DNA of 63,822 nucleotides, filler included. It is 6 parts of 6 records of this genome, joined end to end, with 100 filler letters (N's around TTAATTAATTAA, not from the genome) between each part and the next. Parts side by side here need not be neighbours in the genome. Positions count along the whole stretch, not along the records: positions 54,154 to 63,822 come from DRR723986_5378; 5 more parts are not named here. One strand, 5' to 3'. The translations under genes were made by a program, and so were the position numbers. The notes below the pieces were generated by a model. It worked only from the letters and a program-made list of their open reading frames with translations. It was not told where the DNA came from and did no database searches. Shown here piece by piece: positions 61,705-63,822 of the stretch (positions within the stretch are counted from its first letter, which is position 1; each line of letters opens with the position of its first letter).

Positions 61705-63822
61705 CTAAGCGGCCTGTTTGCGCCCTCCGATGGCGTAGACCGCAATCCCTGCGACATAGCCTGCCAGTGCCACCACCAAAGCCCCGGCAACAAACGCCGC
61801 CAGTGCCGCGCTCATCGCTTTGAGCCCGGCCAGCATGGGCAACAGGGCCAACACCTGCGGATGGAGCCCGCCCTGCCACGCGGCCCAGCCCAACGTCACC
61901 GCGCCCCAAGCGACCACAACAGCCCACAGGGCCAACAATCCCCAGCGCAAGCTGCGCACCGGTGCCGCTGTGCCCCGGCGCATCGCCGCGATCTGGCGGG
62001 CCACATCATGCTGTGCAGCCACTAGCGCAGGTACCACCAGCAAGACCAGCAACATGCCAAAGCCCAGACCGTAGACCAGTGTGATCACCGTGGGTTTGAG
62101 GAACTGCGCCTGCTGGCTTTGCTCATAAAGCAGCGGCGCCATCCCCAGAACCGTGGTCATTGTCGTCAACATCACAGGCCGCAACCGATCCGCTGCGCCA
62201 TCAATGATCGACGGTATCAGCCCGCGCGTAGTGGCGTATTCGTCAATCGTTGTGACCAACACGATAGAATCGTTGATGATAATTCCCGTCATGCCAAGCA
62301 GCCCAACAACCGTGAACATGCTCAGCGGCACCTCCCACAAGGCATGACCATAAATCGTACCAACCAGCCCGAACGGAATGATCGCCATCACAACCAGGGG
62401 CCGGGTCCATGAGCCAAAGATCCACGCCAGTACTAGGAAGATACCCGTCAAGCACAGGATCAATCCGGTCAAGGCATCGCTCAGGAATTCGTCTTCTTGT
62501 TCGCTCAGACCGGCCAACCGGAACTCGACCTGCAATTCGGAGGCAATGCGCGGCAGGATGTCATTTTGCAAGGCCTCGCCAATTTCGCTGGCGCGGGCCG
62601 GATCGTCTTCGGAAATGTCGCCGGTCACGGAGATCAGCCGAATGCCGTTCTCACGCCGCACCGTGCTGAACCCCGTGCGCCGCTCCACACTGACGATATC
62701 GGCCAGCGGCACGTATTGCCCTGCCGGTGTCCGCATCTGCGTGCGGTCCAGAAAATCGGCAGTCAGCTCGCCTTTGGGCAGTTCAACGCGGATCGCAGCG
62801 GAACGCGGCCCATCGGGATAGGTCGCCGCCTCAATGCCGCCCAAACGGTTGCGCAAGGCCCGGCCCAGCGTGTCGATGGTAAATCCAAGCGCCTGTCCCT
62901 GCGCCGTCAGATCGAGGATCAACTCCTCTTTGTCATAGGCCAGATTGTCCTGAACCGCGCTGACTTCCGGATATTGCCGCAGCGCCGCTTGCGACGCTTC
63001 TGATGCCGCCTTGAGCGTATCTGTGTCGGCCCCGTAAAACTGCACGTCCAGCGCATCGCCGCCGGGGCCGGACCGCCACCCCCGAAAACTGACCGTTTCG
63101 GCCAGTGGATGCTGCACCACGCGGTCCTGAAGCTCTCCAACAAAAGCAAAGCTGGAATAGGGGCGCAGATCGGCATCAATCAACTCAATCGAAATGCCAC
63201 CCAGCAGGTCGTTGTCCTTGCTGTCTGCGCCCGCCAGCCCATAGCCCGAATTGCCACCGGTTTGCGCAATCACATAGTCCAGCGGGTTCACCCCGTGGCG
63301 CTCTTCATACTCTGCGCCAAGAGCCTCTGTTGCACGCTGCATCTCGCGCATCATCTCAAGCGTATCGGCGCGGGTCGCGCCCTCTGCCATGGCGAAATTG
63401 CCGGTGACAGAGCCACGCTCGGGCGCATTAAAGAACCGCCACTGAACATCACCGTTGATAAACAGCGCCACCTGCGAGGCCAAAATCGCGATCACCCCGG
63501 CCAGGACCACATACCGCCCCCGGATCACCCCGGCCATGAACGGGCGGAACAGGGTTTCACGCAACCAGACAAAGCCGGTGTTGGTGATGCGGCTGGGCAG
63601 ATCATACCAATGCTGCTTGGCCGCCGCCCGCATGGCGTGGGCCATATGGTTGGGCAGGATCAAGAAACATTCAACCAGCGAGGCCGCCAAGACCGCAATC
63701 ACCGTGAAAGGAATATCGCGGATCAGGTCGCCAAAGCGCCCGCCCACAGCGACCAGCCCAAAGAAAGCGATGATCGTGGTCAGGGTCGCCGCAAACACCG
63801 GCATTGCCATGCGCCGCGCGGC
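61705..63822 (-). CDS. RND efflux transporter permease, AcrB/AcrD/AcrF family (5'-truncated)
   Basis: PVFAATLTTIIAF, GIIINDSIVL, RLRPVMLTTMTTVLG. Confidence 0.93.
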   Translation of the reverse strand, partial: AARRMAMPVFAATLTTIIAFFGLVAVGGRFGDLIRDIPFTVIAVLAASLVECFLILPNHMAHAMRAAAKQHWYDLPSRITNTGFVWLRETLFRPFMAGVIRGRYVVLAGVIAILASQVALFINGDVQWRFFNAPERGSVTGNFAMAEGATRADTLEMMREMQRATEALGAEYEERHGVNPLDYVIAQTGGNSGYGLAGADSKDNDLLGGISIELIDADLRPYSSFAFVGELQDRVVQHPLAETVSFRGWRSGPGGDALDVQFYGADTDTLKAASEASQAALRQYPEVSAVQDNLAYDKEELILDLTAQGQALGFTIDTLGRALRNRLGGIEAATYPDGPRSAAIRVELPKGELTADFLDRTQMRTPAGQYVPLADIVSVERRTGFSTVRRENGIRLISVTGDISEDDPARASEIGEALQNDILPRIASELQVEFRLAGLSEQEDEFLSDALTGLILCLTGIFLVLAWIFGSWTRPLVVMAIIPFGLVGTIYGHALWEVPLSMFTVVGLLGMTGIIINDSIVLVTTIDEYATTRGLIPSIIDGAADRLRPVMLTTMTTVLGMAPLLYEQSQQAQFLKPTVITLVYGLGFGMLLVLLVVPALVAAQHDVARQIAAMRRGTAAPVRSLRWGLLALWAVVVAWGAVTLGWAAWQGGLHPQVLALLPMLAGLKAMSAALAAFVAGALVVALAGYVAGIAVYAIGGRKQAA

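Overview
This window is not one locus. It is six assembly contigs joined by 100-nt N-padded TTAATTAATTAA linkers, probably from at least three organisms; taxonomy below is inferred from protein style only. Contigs 1 (1-6194) and 4 (19290-26701) look like a Bacteroidota/Chlorobiota-group organism. They carry an S1-domain protein, two LamG/T9SS-type secreted proteins, an alginate-export-family porin and two NIT-domain chemoreceptors, and all four of their ends lie in a shared REP-like hairpin/degenerate repeat family. Contigs 2, 3 and 6 are GC-rich Roseobacter-type housekeeping regions (cobT, multicopper oxidase, aminopeptidase P, ClC, SLC5-histidine kinase, gapR, tig, azlCD, acyl-CoA dehydrogenase, Sua5, RND pump). 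Contig 5 (26802-54053) is a medium-GC marine alphaproteobacterium (rpsD, TPP riboswitch-thiC, grxD, bolA, many exported proteins). The most notable signals are: (i) a synonymously diverged second copy of the thiC 3' end, each copy followed by a hairpin and reverse-strand cargo, including an unannotated 43-aa ORF, with no integrase; (ii) the REP-capped repeat family; (iii) a porin plus tandem NIT-chemoreceptor module; (iv) three exported methyltransferase-fold paralogues and several enzymes lacking catalytic residues. I found no CRISPR array, tRNA, rRNA, integrase or transposase.
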